Origin: Bdellovibrionota bacterium
GTDB taxonomy: Bacteria; Bdellovibrionota_C; UBA2361; JAAYZI01
Length of the DNA stretch: 64,000 nt
Assembly (NCBI GenBank): GCA_050950765.1
Contig: JBMNIF010000003.1
Coordinates: forward strand, 96,001 to 160,000
Direction: 5' to 3'
Shown here in pieces: positions 10,230 to 20,201 of the stretch. Position numbers and translations under genes: made by a program. Within the stretch, counting starts at the first letter, position 1; every line of letters starts with the position of its first letter. The notes beneath the pieces are model-generated. The model was not told where the DNA came from and searched no databases. It worked only from the letters and a program-made list of their open reading frames with translations.

Positions 10230-10660
10230 GAAAATTTGGTGCCACCCACTAGAACAGGCAGGAGGGGCTGATACTAAAAAACGAATCGGTTAGGTCTTCA
10301 CGGGGGTTAGAAATTTGGTACCACCCACTAGAACAGGACGGGCTGATACTAAAAACGAATCGGTTAGGTCTGGACGGAGGTTAAAAATTTGGTGCCACCC
10401 TTCAGGGACGGTTGGACGGGCTGCAACTGCAGAACGAATGGGGTAAAATTTGGTGCCACCCTTCAGTGCTAAAAGACTCTAAAATTACGATAGTTAATAA
10501 TATCAATATATTAGCAAAAGCTTAGAATTTGGCAGTTTTGGTGCCACCCACCAGTAAGACGGGATCTGGAGGCTAGGTTTTGGTGCCACCCTTCAGGGAC
10601 GGCTGAACGGGCTGCAACGGCAAAACAGATCGGCTAGAACTGGACGGAGGTTAAATTTTT
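10230..10660. repeat. Second intergenic cluster of repeat family 1
   Basis: GGT(G/A)CCACCC cores near 10239, 10318, 10392, 10453, 10541 and 10583 with the same flanking blocks as at 8820-9060. Confidence 0.9.
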
Positions 10661-10853
10661 TAGAAATTTGTAAAAATTACCGCACTTATTGAGAGGAGAG
10701 GGGCATAACGGAGTAAATAGATGTGTTTTTAGTTATTTATTTTTAAGGATTTTTTATTAAGAGCAAAATGCTCTTTCTTGAAATTAACCTTGATTAGGTC
10801 TCTTACCACACTTAGAATCGGCTATATTATTTTTACTAATTATTTAGGACGAT

Positions 10854-11768
10854 ATGAACGACCGACTAACAGCTAACAATCTAACAGATCCAACAGTAAA
10901 CAAAGGAGCGCACCTTTCACACGCTGCCGACATAACTGAGGAAAATATAGAAACTTCACTTGCCGACATTAATGGTGCTCGAAAAAGACAAAAAGCCCCA
11001 TCCCCTAAAGCACTGGATCAATCCCTTATTACTAATATCCTTGAAAAACAACTTAGAGGGAAGATTGATGATCAGAAGTTAAATAACCTTATTGATGTAA
11101 TGAACAAAAAACCTCAGGCTGCTGATGAGATTTTAGGTGCTATCTACTCTTTTAAGGATACTGAGTCTAGGATGCTCATCTTACAGACATTAAGTGAATA
11201 TGCCACACAGACTAAAAACGAATTTTTATTAAAAATCGTTGAACTAGCTTATAAACTAGAGGCGCGTGCTGCACAAGCCACAGCTGAAATTTTAAGCAAG
11301 TTCTATGATAACGAAACATTTGATCATGAAACGATTTCTAAAAACACAGAAATAAAAGATAAAATTCAACAGATATTCCTTCTAATAGATCATAAAGACT
11401 CCTTTGTTGATGTGGTTAGTAAAATTTACGAGGTCTTAGAAGAGACCTGCCGGACAATTGCTGAACATAAAGCAAAGGAAGAAGAAAAGGCTAAACAAAA
11501 AGAGGAGGAAGAGGCATTTAGAAAAGATGACTTATTAGCTCATCGCGTAGATCGTATTCAAAACAACTTCGATCCTAACGTTATTAATAACGCTGCTGTT
11601 GAAGAGGTACTACGCAGATTTATTCATGATCGTAATTTTATAATAGATGATTACGGCATTTCATATACTCAGATCTATTATGCCATAAGAAATGCACAGA
11701 AATTTTACGGAGAGAACTTACGAGAAAATAGAAATAAAAATAGTTATAACCCTACCTTAGTAGCCTAA
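10854..11768 (+). CDS. Hypothetical helical/coiled-coil protein
   Basis: 304-aa ORF with AGGA RBS; E/K-rich coiled-coil segment; no motif recognised. Confidence 0.7.
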   Translation: MNDRLTANNLTDPTVNKGAHLSHAADITEENIETSLADINGARKRQKAPSPKALDQSLITNILEKQLRGKIDDQKLNNLIDVMNKKPQAADEILGAIYSFKDTESRMLILQTLSEYATQTKNEFLLKIVELAYKLEARAAQATAEILSKFYDNETFDHETISKNTEIKDKIQQIFLLIDHKDSFVDVVSKIYEVLEETCRTIAEHKAKEEEKAKQKEEEEAFRKDDLLAHRVDRIQNNFDPNVINNAAVEEVLRRFIHDRNFIIDDYGISYTQIYYAIRNAQKFYGENLRENRNKNSYNPTLVA

Positions 11769-11778
11769 AATATAAGAT

Positions 11779-12264
11779 CTATTTTTTTGTTGGAATCTTT
11801 CCACTAAGTTTAATTATTATCCGTTCCCAAAAAGGCAACTCTCTTATCTCTTTTAATGAGAGTAAACGTCCACTATCATTATCTGTTGATTCCTCATCTG
11901 AAGGTGGCAGATCTTCCATATTCCCGAAGACATTAAAGGCTCTAGGGGTTGTCGAAGGGTTTGGTCTAATCATTTCATCTACAGGTCTATCTTTTTCCCA
12001 CTTCGGAATCCCATGTAGAAGAGTTTCATTATAACGGGCACGTTCTTTCGGTTGAATTAATGTATGATAAGCTGCCGTTATCTTCTTAAAGATCTCTTCA
12101 CTCTCTTTGTCGTTCTTAGATTCAACTATATCATTATAAAAATTAGAATCCGGATGATAGATTAACGCTATCTCTCGATAAGCGATCTTAATCTGCTGTC
12201 TAGTAGCATCTTCCGGCACACCTAAAAGCTCATAATAATTTTTTTCATCAATCTGAGATCTCAT
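11779..12264 (-). CDS. DnaJ (J-domain) protein
   Basis: NYYELLGV...IKIAYREIALIYHPD...FKKITAAYHTL...ERARYN. Confidence 0.9.
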   Translation of the reverse strand: MRSQIDEKNYYELLGVPEDATRQQIKIAYREIALIYHPDSNFYNDIVESKNDKESEEIFKKITAAYHTLIQPKERARYNETLLHGIPKWEKDRPVDEMIRPNPSTTPRAFNVFGNMEDLPPSDEESTDNDSGRLLSLKEIRELPFWERIIIKLSGKIPTKK

Positions 12265-12445
12265 GCCCTACATATCGGAAGTTACACTAAATTACTTAAT
12301 GGCTTTCAAGAGGATTAAGTGTTTAAAAAGAAGTTTTAAAAAGGTTATAAGAGAAAAAAGCTCCTGTTTTTTATATTTTTATGATGTTAGATCTATTATA
12401 CTTTAACCTTTTTACCTTTAGAAAGTGAGTTCGGAGATTTTTTAA

Positions 12446-12886
12446 ATGAAGGGTGTTATTCAAAGAGTAAATTACGCATCTGTAACAGTAGATGATGTTG
12501 TTGTCGGTAAAATAGGCGTTGGATTAGCCGTTTTGGTCGGTTTTGGCAAAGATGATACTGAAAAAAATCTAAAACTAATGGCTGAAAAGATCGTAAATAT
12601 GCGCATCTTCTCAAATAGTGAGGATCGTTTTGATTATTCCCTACTTGATATAAAAGGTGAAATTCTACTTATCCCTCAATTCACCCTTTTTGCAGATACC
12701 TCACACGGAAGACGCCCTGAATTCTTTTCAGCGCTTGAACCCTCAAAAGCCTCTCCCCTTTTTGATAAATTTGTTGATATCGTTAAATCACTCGGCGTTT
12801 CAAAAACAGAATGCGGCATCTTCGGTGCTACGATGAAGGTCGCTCTGGAGAATGACGGGCCCGTAACGATCAGCCTTGATATCTAA
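12446..12886 (+). CDS. dtd: D-aminoacyl-tRNA deacylase
   Basis: MKGVIQRV, PQFTL, GRRPEF, FGATMKVALENDGPVT. Confidence 0.95.
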   Translation: MKGVIQRVNYASVTVDDVVVGKIGVGLAVLVGFGKDDTEKNLKLMAEKIVNMRIFSNSEDRFDYSLLDIKGEILLIPQFTLFADTSHGRRPEFFSALEPSKASPLFDKFVDIVKSLGVSKTECGIFGATMKVALENDGPVTISLDI

Positions 12887-12918
12887 AGTTTAGGTGGCAG
12901 CGTCACCGCTTCTTAAAA

Positions 12919-14094
12919 CTAATCGCACCACCAATCATCTTCAAGTGAATGCAAAATATGAGGCATAAAGAGTTGAGGTTCCACCAAGAAAGAATCATGC
13001 CCCTTATCTGAATGAATAGTTATATGTCGAACATCAACACCGGCTGAATGTAGCTCTTTAACAAGCGCCTGTTGTTCAGATGGCGCAAAGCAGCCATCAG
13101 AATCAACACTAAAAACCATAAAATGGTGTCCTTGACATCGGGCAAACATCTCCTTAAAGGTGTTACACCCAGCATCAGCCAAGAGATCGACACCTTGCCA
13201 AACTCCCAATATGCAGAGATACGTATTAGCATCAAAACGATCTACAAACTTACTCCCTTGATGTAACATATACGATTCAATCTTATGCGTTAGCTGATAC
13301 TGTCCGAAGTCCTCTCCCCCATTCAACTGCTCCTTTGCACGTTGCTGCATCGTTTCTAAGGAGACAAAAGTTTTATGACTGATCATGCGTGCTAAAGAGA
13401 GTCCACGACGTGGCTCACTAATTCCGTAATAATCCCCGCCCCGAAAATCTGGATCGTATTCGATAGCGCAGATCTGTTCAAAATTAAGGATCCTTTGAAA
13501 GACAGAAACTGCCATTCCGGTAGCGATCGGCAAAACTATTTTAACTCGATGCGGATAACGTGTTGCCAAACTTAACGCCATCATGCCACCAAGCGATGCA
13601 CCAACCACACCGTGCAGGCGCTCTATACCTAAAAAATCAAGAAGCTTTACCTGAGAATCCACGATATCGGCTAAAGTAATCCACGGAAACGATCCGCCAT
13701 ACGGAGCCCCTGTTTCCGGATTGATTGACAACGGCCCAGTTGAGCCATAACATCCACCAAGGTAATTAGCACAGATCACAAAATATTTATCTGTATCAAT
13801 GGCACGCTTTGGACCGACAAAGTCATTCCACCAACCAACTTTGCATTCCTCTGTCCAACGCTCCTCGACACCTTCAACACTTTTATTAGTACCGCAAAGG
13901 TGTTGACTGCCACTTAAAGCGTGAAAAACCAAGATGGCGTTATCTCGGGCTGCAGAGAGCTCTCCATAAGTTTCATAAGCGAGTGTTGCTTCAGGCAACA
14001 CACCTCCACGTCGTAACTGCAACGGCTCTCTTTCTAAAGTTGCAAGTGATATAAACTTTGTTGAAACTTCTCCGATACTATCAACTTTTCGCAT
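12919..14094 (-). CDS. metX: Homoserine O-acetyltransferase
   Basis: LAYETYG, VFHALSGSQH, CANYLGGCYGSTGP, GASLGGM nucleophile elbow, FDANTY, GHDSFL; likely start ATG at 14094. Confidence 0.93.
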   Translation of the reverse strand: MRKVDSIGEVSTKFISLATLEREPLQLRRGGVLPEATLAYETYGELSAARDNAILVFHALSGSQHLCGTNKSVEGVEERWTEECKVGWWNDFVGPKRAIDTDKYFVICANYLGGCYGSTGPLSINPETGAPYGGSFPWITLADIVDSQVKLLDFLGIERLHGVVGASLGGMMALSLATRYPHRVKIVLPIATGMAVSVFQRILNFEQICAIEYDPDFRGGDYYGISEPRRGLSLARMISHKTFVSLETMQQRAKEQLNGGEDFGQYQLTHKIESYMLHQGSKFVDRFDANTYLCILGVWQGVDLLADAGCNTFKEMFARCQGHHFMVFSVDSDGCFAPSEQQALVKELHSAGVDVRHITIHSDKGHDSFLVEPQLFMPHILHSLEDDWWCD

Positions 14095-14096
14095 TT

Positions 14097-15605
14097 TTAC
14101 TTTCTCCAATAAGCCGGAGTTAAAATTATTAAAGCTGTAAAGAACTCCAACCTACCAATAAACATCGCAAATGCCAAAACAACCTTTGAGAGCTCAGGTA
14201 GTGCAGCGTGATTACCATACGGTCCTAAGCTCCCAAAAGCAGGTCCTATATTAGATAACGCAGAAACAGCTGCCGTAGAAGCTGTCGTGAAGTCCAAGCC
14301 ATTAATAGTTAAAAGAGCGCTTACGATTCCCGCAACGACACCGTATAAAAAGATAAATGCCCAGATCATATCTGCAATATCAGGTCTAACAGCCATCTGA
14401 TTTATTCGTACCGTTAAAACAGCACTCGGATGTAAAAATGATTTAAACTCCTTAAAGATTAATTTAATCGCAGCAACTACACGAACGCACTTTATACCAC
14501 CGGCGGTACTCCCCGACATCCCTCCCATCAACATCAAGAAAAAAAGGAGTAGCTGCGGAAAATATCCCCACTCCAGATAGTTAACATTTGTAAAGCCTGT
14601 TGAAGAAACAGTTGAAGTAACTGTAAAGAAAGAAAGTCTGAAAGATTCAGATAACGTTGCGTATTCAGTTCTCCAATTGAAGAACGTTATTAGCAAGACA
14701 ACAAGTGTTACGATTGCTAGATACCACCTTAACTCTGTATCAAAAAAAACTTTCTTAGCACGCCCTGTCAGTAGGAGATAAAAAAGTCCGAAATTGATCG
14801 AAGAGACCAACATAGCAGTTGCAAGTACATATTCCGAAAGCGGATTTTTAAAAGCGGCAACCCCGATATTTTTAGTAGAAAAGCCACCTGTCGCTATCGC
14901 CGTGAAGGCATGATTTACTGCATCATAAAAACTTAGCCCTGCACAATATAACACCACAGTCACCAACACCAAGATAACAGCAAAGATAGTGCAAAACGTT
15001 CTAGCTATTCCTCCAACACGAGGCTTAACTTTATCCTTTTGAGGCCCCGTTATCTCCGCACGAAAGATATGTACTCCGTTAATACCTAAGGTAGGTAAGA
15101 TAGCGATAAAAAAAGTTATCACTCCAATTCCACCCAACAGTTGCGTCATGGAGCGCCATAAGAGGAGGTCTTTTCCAACTCCCTCAATATCATTTAAAAC
15201 AGTAGCTCCCGTCCCTGAAAAACCGGACATCGATTCAAAGAAACAATCAACATAGCTCGGGAATATGCCACTGAAATAATACGGTAAAGAACCGATCACA
15301 GCAGCCATAAGCCATGAAAAGGTTACAATTGCAAAAGCAGATCTATGGTGCAGCTTGTCAAAATCACACTCTCTAATCCCAGTAAAAAGTTGAGAAAATA
15401 AACTTACACCGAAACAACCTGCCGCTATATACATAAAGATCCAAGCAGCCGAACCACCATAAAAGAAAGCGTATAAAGCCGGAACAAGCAGCGCAAAGCC
15501 GATGCCAACAGGAATAATGCCAATAACTATCTTTATAATTTGACGAATATCCAAAGCACTACCGTAAAAAACACGCCATGATCTCTCTAAAAAACGGTAC
15601 ATCAT
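14097..15605 (-). CDS. trkH: Trk-type K+ uptake membrane protein
   Basis: FFESMSGFSGTGAT, LLWRSMTQLLGGIG, TAIATGGFS, SSTGF, GGMSGSTAGGIK, SNIGPAFG, GRLEFF; exact start uncertain. Confidence 0.92.
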   Translation of the reverse strand: MMYRFLERSWRVFYGSALDIRQIIKIVIGIIPVGIGFALLVPALYAFFYGGSAAWIFMYIAAGCFGVSLFSQLFTGIRECDFDKLHHRSAFAIVTFSWLMAAVIGSLPYYFSGIFPSYVDCFFESMSGFSGTGATVLNDIEGVGKDLLLWRSMTQLLGGIGVITFFIAILPTLGINGVHIFRAEITGPQKDKVKPRVGGIARTFCTIFAVILVLVTVVLYCAGLSFYDAVNHAFTAIATGGFSTKNIGVAAFKNPLSEYVLATAMLVSSINFGLFYLLLTGRAKKVFFDTELRWYLAIVTLVVLLITFFNWRTEYATLSESFRLSFFTVTSTVSSTGFTNVNYLEWGYFPQLLLFFLMLMGGMSGSTAGGIKCVRVVAAIKLIFKEFKSFLHPSAVLTVRINQMAVRPDIADMIWAFIFLYGVVAGIVSALLTINGLDFTTASTAAVSALSNIGPAFGSLGPYGNHAALPELSKVVLAFAMFIGRLEFFTALIILTPAYWRK

Positions 15606-15719
15606 GGAAGTGAAGAGTTGATAATAGAAGTAAAAAACAGATCCGCCACACAAGACTCGGAACTAAGTAACCACCAATAAAACTCCCCTTAACAAAGCTA
15701 TTGAGCAATAAATGGGAAT

Positions 15720-15806
15720 CGGAGAGAGGGGGATTCGAACCCCCGATGCGGTTGCCCACACACTTGATTTCGAATCAAGCTCCTTCAGCCACTCGGACAT
15801 CTCTCC
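15720..15806 (-). tRNA. tRNA-Ser(CGA); CCA not encoded
   Basis: Reverse strand GGAGAGATGTCCGAGTGGCTGAAGGAG-CTTGA-TTCGAAA-TCAAG, long variable arm, GGGGGTTCGAATCCCCC-TCTCTCCG. Confidence 0.95.
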
Positions 15807-15965
15807 ACAACAAAAAAATTCTCCCATATCCTAAAAGGATAAGAGAGCTTTATATACACCGTTACTTTTAGCATCTTATTAGCGATGTTGCTAGATCCGA
15901 GCCCCTTATTGAGGCATAAATTATTCATATTTCAATATAAAAAAATCGTAGTTGCACGACTCTCG

Positions 15966-16583
15966 CTACAACGTCCCTTTAGTAGAAGGTATCCCTGTTC
16001 CATCTATTTTTTTAACCGCCATCCCAATCGATTTTGCAACACCTTTAAAAATAGCCTCTATCTTATGGTGCTCATTCTCTCCACTTGCCTTAATATGTAA
16101 AGTGCAGGCGGAAGCATCAGAGAATGACTTAAAAAAGTGTGAAAACATCTCTGTGGGCATCTCTCCAATATATTCTCTTTTAAACTCAACGTTCCAAACA
16201 AAAGTCGGTCTTCCGGAAAAATCTAGCGCCACCTCTGCTAAAGATTCATCCATCGGCAGTAAAAAGCCGTAACGCGCTGTATCTTCTTTATCCCCTAAGG
16301 CTTCTTTAAAAGCCTCTCCCAACGCTAAGGCACAATCCTCAATCGTATGGTGTTTATCTACATTCAGATCTCCTGAAGCGTGCAATTTAAGATCGCATCC
16401 GGAGTGACGGGCTAACTGTTCTAGCATATGATCAAAAAAACCGATCCCCGTGCTTATCTCTGCCTGACCCGTACCATCAAGGCAAAGCTCTAGTGTAATT
16501 GAAGTTTCTTTAGTTGCACGCTTAACAACTGCGTTACGTTTAGTTTTTTTCTGTGGAACAAGTTTAAATAATTTTTTGAACAT
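15966..16583 (-). CDS. hisB: Imidazoleglycerol-phosphate dehydratase (IGPD domain only)
   Basis: [40 protein letters not shown]; start ATG at 16583 just after the hisDC stop. Confidence 0.93.
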   Translation of the reverse strand: MFKKLFKLVPQKKTKRNAVVKRATKETSITLELCLDGTGQAEISTGIGFFDHMLEQLARHSGCDLKLHASGDLNVDKHHTIEDCALALGEAFKEALGDKEDTARYGFLLPMDESLAEVALDFSGRPTFVWNVEFKREYIGEMPTEMFSHFFKSFSDASACTLHIKASGENEHHKIEAIFKGVAKSIGMAVKKIDGTGIPSTKGTL

Positions 16584-16587
16584 ATCC

Positions 16588-18945
16588 TTACTTCCTTGTT
16601 TTGTTATATTCCGTACAAGCATCGATGAGAACGGTATTTTCTTGCGGAGTTCCTACGGTAATTCTTAAACAATTTTCACACGAAGTAGTATCTGATCTAT
16701 CACGCACAATAACCCCTTTCTCTCTTAAAAATTGATAACACTCTTTAGCGTCATCAAACTTTACCAATAAAAAATTAGCATCAGAAGGATAAACCTTTTC
16801 TACGCACTTTAAGGTCGTCAGCTGCTTCAATAGCTTTTCTCTCTCCTTAAGTAAAACCTCTTGCATCGCCTCCTTCTTAGGAAGGGATGCTAAAGCACTT
16901 AAAGCGGCTTTAATCGTCAGTTCATTGATATTGTATGGTGGCTTTATCGTATTTAAGAGTTCTACGATCTCCTTTGAAGCAAAGAGCATCCCCAACCTAG
17001 CACCAGCCATCCCCCACGCCTTTGAAAAGGTCTGCAACACTACAAGATTCGGATGAGTATCCAATAACGTTAGCGCCGATTTCTCCTTAGAAAAATCAAT
17101 ATAAGCTTCATCCAGTACAACGATACCGTCAAAGTCAGAGAGGATCTTGTTTATAGCTCCTGGATTTAAGGTGTTTCCTGTCGGATTATTAGGAGAGCAG
17201 ATAAAGATCAACTTCGTTAGTGGTGTGACCTCCTTTAAAACCCCTTCTGTATCAATCTGAAAATTGTGATCTAAGTTTACCTTTTTTAAGTAAACGTCAT
17301 TTATAGCAGCGCAAACTTCATACATCCCGTAAGTCGGAGGCATAATGATGACATTATCAAGACTTGGATTGCAAAACGCCCTATAAAGTAGATCGATAGC
17401 TTCATCACTACCGTTCGCTAACAAGATCTGATCAGAAGCGACCCCTTTTATCTTCGCCAGTTTTTCTTTGACGGTACGTTGATACGGATCAGGGTATCTG
17501 TTAATTGTTTCTTCCGAAACAGATCCGATACTATTTTCATTAGCATCTAAAAGAATGCCGTTTCCATCAAATTCATGTCTAGCACAAACATACGGCGTAA
17601 GCTTTTTAATATTCTCTCTAACTAATCTTGACAACGAAAATGTTGCGGAGAAATTTTGTGTTAGATCTGCGAGTCTAACTGCAACAGCTTGCGCATGAGC
17701 TTCTAGCCCCTCTGCTTTAGCCATCTCCTCCGCTGCAAAACCGATACTATTAACCCCCACGCTATCTAACGTTTGAAATGTAATTTTTTTAACGAAGCTA
17801 TCAAGTGAGACACCACTATAAGCGTGCGCAGCACCACAGGTTGGAAGGGTATGATTTACTCCAGCTACGTAATCGCCAAACGACTCCGCTGCAAAATTAC
17901 CAAGAAAAACAGATCCCGCAGAGATAACCTTATCTGCCAAAGACTGTGGGTCTTTAACAGCTAAAACAAGGTGTTCAGGGGCATATAAATTAGAAAAGTG
18001 TATCGCTTCTTCTAATGTTTTTAAAACAACGATCCGGCTATGGCTTAAAGCTTCTTGCATAATCTCTCGGCGTGCAGCAACTTTTAACTGCAGATCCAAC
18101 TCACTTTGAATCTGCGGTAAAATTTTTTCAGATGTTGTGACAAGTATCACTTGGCTATCTGGACCATGCTCTGCTTGAGATAAGAGATCTGCTGCCACAT
18201 AACGGGGATTGCAGAACTCATCTGCAATAACAAGAACCTCTGTTGGACCAGCTGGCATATCGATCGCCACAGCTGCTTGAGCTGCAACCATAGTTTTAGC
18301 TGCTGTAACGTACTGATTGCCTGGACCAAAAATTTTATAGACTCTGGGAATCGATTCAGTACCAAACGCCATAGCAGCGATAGCTTGAGCCCCCCCTACT
18401 CTGAAGATCTTTTTAACTCCGGCCTGCTGCGCTGCATATAAAATTGTCGGATTAATCTGCCCCTCTTTATTAGGTGGCGTGCAAAGGATTATTTCACTAC
18501 ATCCAGCCACACTTGCTGGGATCGCTAACATTAAAACAGTCGAGAAAAGCGGAGCCCTCCCCCCTGGGATGTACAAGCCAACTTTTTCTATCGGAAGTGA
18601 TCTTCTCCAACACTGCACCCCTTTTGCCGTTTCAATGCGTCGAACAGGTTCAAAGTGGGACTGATGAAAAGTAGTAATAGTTTTACGCGCTGTTTCAATA
18701 GATTGTTTTAATTTCGTGGGAATACTTTTTAGTGCGCTATCAATCTCTCCTTGAGGTACTAATAAAGAATCAGGTTTAACGCCGTCAAACTTAAGGGAAT
18801 ACTCATATAACGCTGCATCCCCTCTAGTACGCACTTCATGCAAGACAGATCCCACTACGGCACTTAGCTCTTTAGCTTCAATGGCAGGACGAGCAATAAG
18901 ACGCTCCCACTCCTTTTTGGCAGGATATAAAAATATATTTTCCAT
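16588..18945 (-). CDS. hisD: Fused histidinol dehydrogenase (HisD) / histidinol-phosphate aminotransferase (HisC)
   Basis: Residues ~1-430 are HisD ([43 protein letters not shown]); residues ~435-785 are HisC ([47 protein letters not shown]); one continuous ORF. Confidence 0.92.
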   Translation of the reverse strand: MENIFLYPAKKEWERLIARPAIEAKELSAVVGSVLHEVRTRGDAALYEYSLKFDGVKPDSLLVPQGEIDSALKSIPTKLKQSIETARKTITTFHQSHFEPVRRIETAKGVQCWRRSLPIEKVGLYIPGGRAPLFSTVLMLAIPASVAGCSEIILCTPPNKEGQINPTILYAAQQAGVKKIFRVGGAQAIAAMAFGTESIPRVYKIFGPGNQYVTAAKTMVAAQAAVAIDMPAGPTEVLVIADEFCNPRYVAADLLSQAEHGPDSQVILVTTSEKILPQIQSELDLQLKVAARREIMQEALSHSRIVVLKTLEEAIHFSNLYAPEHLVLAVKDPQSLADKVISAGSVFLGNFAAESFGDYVAGVNHTLPTCGAAHAYSGVSLDSFVKKITFQTLDSVGVNSIGFAAEEMAKAEGLEAHAQAVAVRLADLTQNFSATFSLSRLVRENIKKLTPYVCARHEFDGNGILLDANENSIGSVSEETINRYPDPYQRTVKEKLAKIKGVASDQILLANGSDEAIDLLYRAFCNPSLDNVIIMPPTYGMYEVCAAINDVYLKKVNLDHNFQIDTEGVLKEVTPLTKLIFICSPNNPTGNTLNPGAINKILSDFDGIVVLDEAYIDFSKEKSALTLLDTHPNLVVLQTFSKAWGMAGARLGMLFASKEIVELLNTIKPPYNINELTIKAALSALASLPKKEAMQEVLLKEREKLLKQLTTLKCVEKVYPSDANFLLVKFDDAKECYQFLREKGVIVRDRSDTTSCENCLRITVGTPQENTVLIDACTEYNKTRK

Positions 18946-19133
18946 AATAATTCCAATAAAATAAGCGAAGATCTAAGGCGTTTATGGTAAGGCAATTATC
19001 AGGAGATGTCGATACGGAATATCTTTATTTTCTCTCTTCTCTTCCTAAGCAACTGGGATATCCCGCTTGCCTCGATAAGAGAAATTGCTTAAAACAACGA
19101 CGTTCATCCATTTTAAAGGGATATCAAAATATT

Positions 19134-19985
19134 ATGTTTCAATTAGCAATACAAAAATCTGGACGACTTAGTGAAGACTCCCTGAATTTAGTAAAAGAGT
19201 GCGGGATAGCCCTTAACAGGCACGATAATCGTCTAAAGACACAAGCGTTAAACTTTCCCATCGAGATCCTCTTCTTACGGGATGACGATATCCCAGAGTA
19301 TATCGCTGACGGTGTAGTCGATGCTGGGATTGTCGGCGAAAATATGTTGATTGAGAGCAAGAAAGAAGTTGTAGTAGTAGAAAAACTCGGCTTTTCAAAG
19401 TGTCGCTTGTGCATGGCAGTTCCAAACAGTGCAACTTATGATGGTATTAACACCTTAAACGGAAAAAGCATTGCAACCAGCTATCCTGTTTCATTGCAAA
19501 AATTCCTAGATACACACAACATTAAAGCAACTATCAAAGTTATCAGCGGCTCTACGGAGATCGCACCAAGTATAGGTTTGGCTGATGCTATTTGTGATAT
19601 CGTTAGCTCCGGCAGCACCCTTATCAGTAACGGTTTACGCGAAGTTGAAACAGTTCTTAAATCTGAAGCTGTACTAGCAAGACATAAAACTCTTTCTCCT
19701 GAAAAAAATAAGATCTTTGAAGATCTTTTATTTAGAATTCAAGCCGTGCTTCGTGCTAGGCGATTTAAATACATCCTTTTGAATGCACCTGATGCGAAGT
19801 TAAATAATATTATAGCTGCTCTTCCTGGTTTACGCGCTCCAACTGTAATGCCACTTGCAGAGAGTGGCTGGAGCTCTGTACATACTGTTATTCAGGAAGA
19901 TCAATTCTGGGAAAAGATAGGAAAGCTTAAAGATGCTGGAGCAGAAGGGATCTTGGTATTACCGATTGAGAAGCTAATTTATTAA
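19134..19985 (+). CDS. hisG: ATP phosphoribosyltransferase, long form
   Basis: MFQLAIQKSGRL, LRDDDIP, GIVGEN, ATSYP, GSTEIAPSIGLADAICDIVSSGSTL, C-terminal regulatory domain; start ATG at 19134. Confidence 0.95.
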   Translation: MFQLAIQKSGRLSEDSLNLVKECGIALNRHDNRLKTQALNFPIEILFLRDDDIPEYIADGVVDAGIVGENMLIESKKEVVVVEKLGFSKCRLCMAVPNSATYDGINTLNGKSIATSYPVSLQKFLDTHNIKATIKVISGSTEIAPSIGLADAICDIVSSGSTLISNGLREVETVLKSEAVLARHKTLSPEKNKIFEDLLFRIQAVLRARRFKYILLNAPDAKLNNIIAALPGLRAPTVMPLAESGWSSVHTVIQEDQFWEKIGKLKDAGAEGILVLPIEKLIY

Positions 19986-19989
19986 AACC

Positions 19990-20201
19990 ATGAGAAGAGC
20001 TCTTGTTAAATATAATGCCGAGGATCTTCAATCTGCACTCCCCCGACGCTTAGGCATAACCCCCACTTGGAAAGATAGTGCAGAAGAGAGCTTTTTTTGT
20101 TCATCGTGCAATTTTTCCAAGTGTAAGAAAGTTAACCGTACCGTATTTAAAAGAGTACGATATGGGAGAAAAAAAATTTTAAAAATTTTCTAGCACTATG
20201 A
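19990..20201 (+). pseudogene. hisH: Degraded, internally deleted hisH (glutamine amidotransferase subunit) remnant
   Basis: MRRALVKYNAEDLQSAL..RRLGITPTWKDSAEE, then (frameshift) HRAIFPSV, resembles the HisH N-terminus; the 3' end reads GEK-ILK-NFLAL* across frameshifts, with the TGA overlapping the hisA ATG; occupies the usual hisH position before hisA. Confidence 0.65.

Noticed and set aside
8820..10660. Degenerate CRISPR or composite transposon around srkA
   Set aside because: The sequences between GGTGCCACCC cores are homologous to each other rather than unique, and no transposase or terminal inverted repeats were found.
15559..15759. 66-aa ORF in the track
   Set aside because: It overlaps tRNA-Ser and the trkH 5' region; spurious.
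15720..15806. tRNA-Ser as the integration site of an island carrying the his genes
   Set aside because: No integrase or duplicated tRNA 3' end was seen, and the his genes lie on the 5' side of the tRNA.
18984..19133. 50-aa N-terminal extension of HisG
   Set aside because: HisG homology starts at the ATG at 19134 (MFQLAIQKSGRL); the upstream frame is probably not translated.
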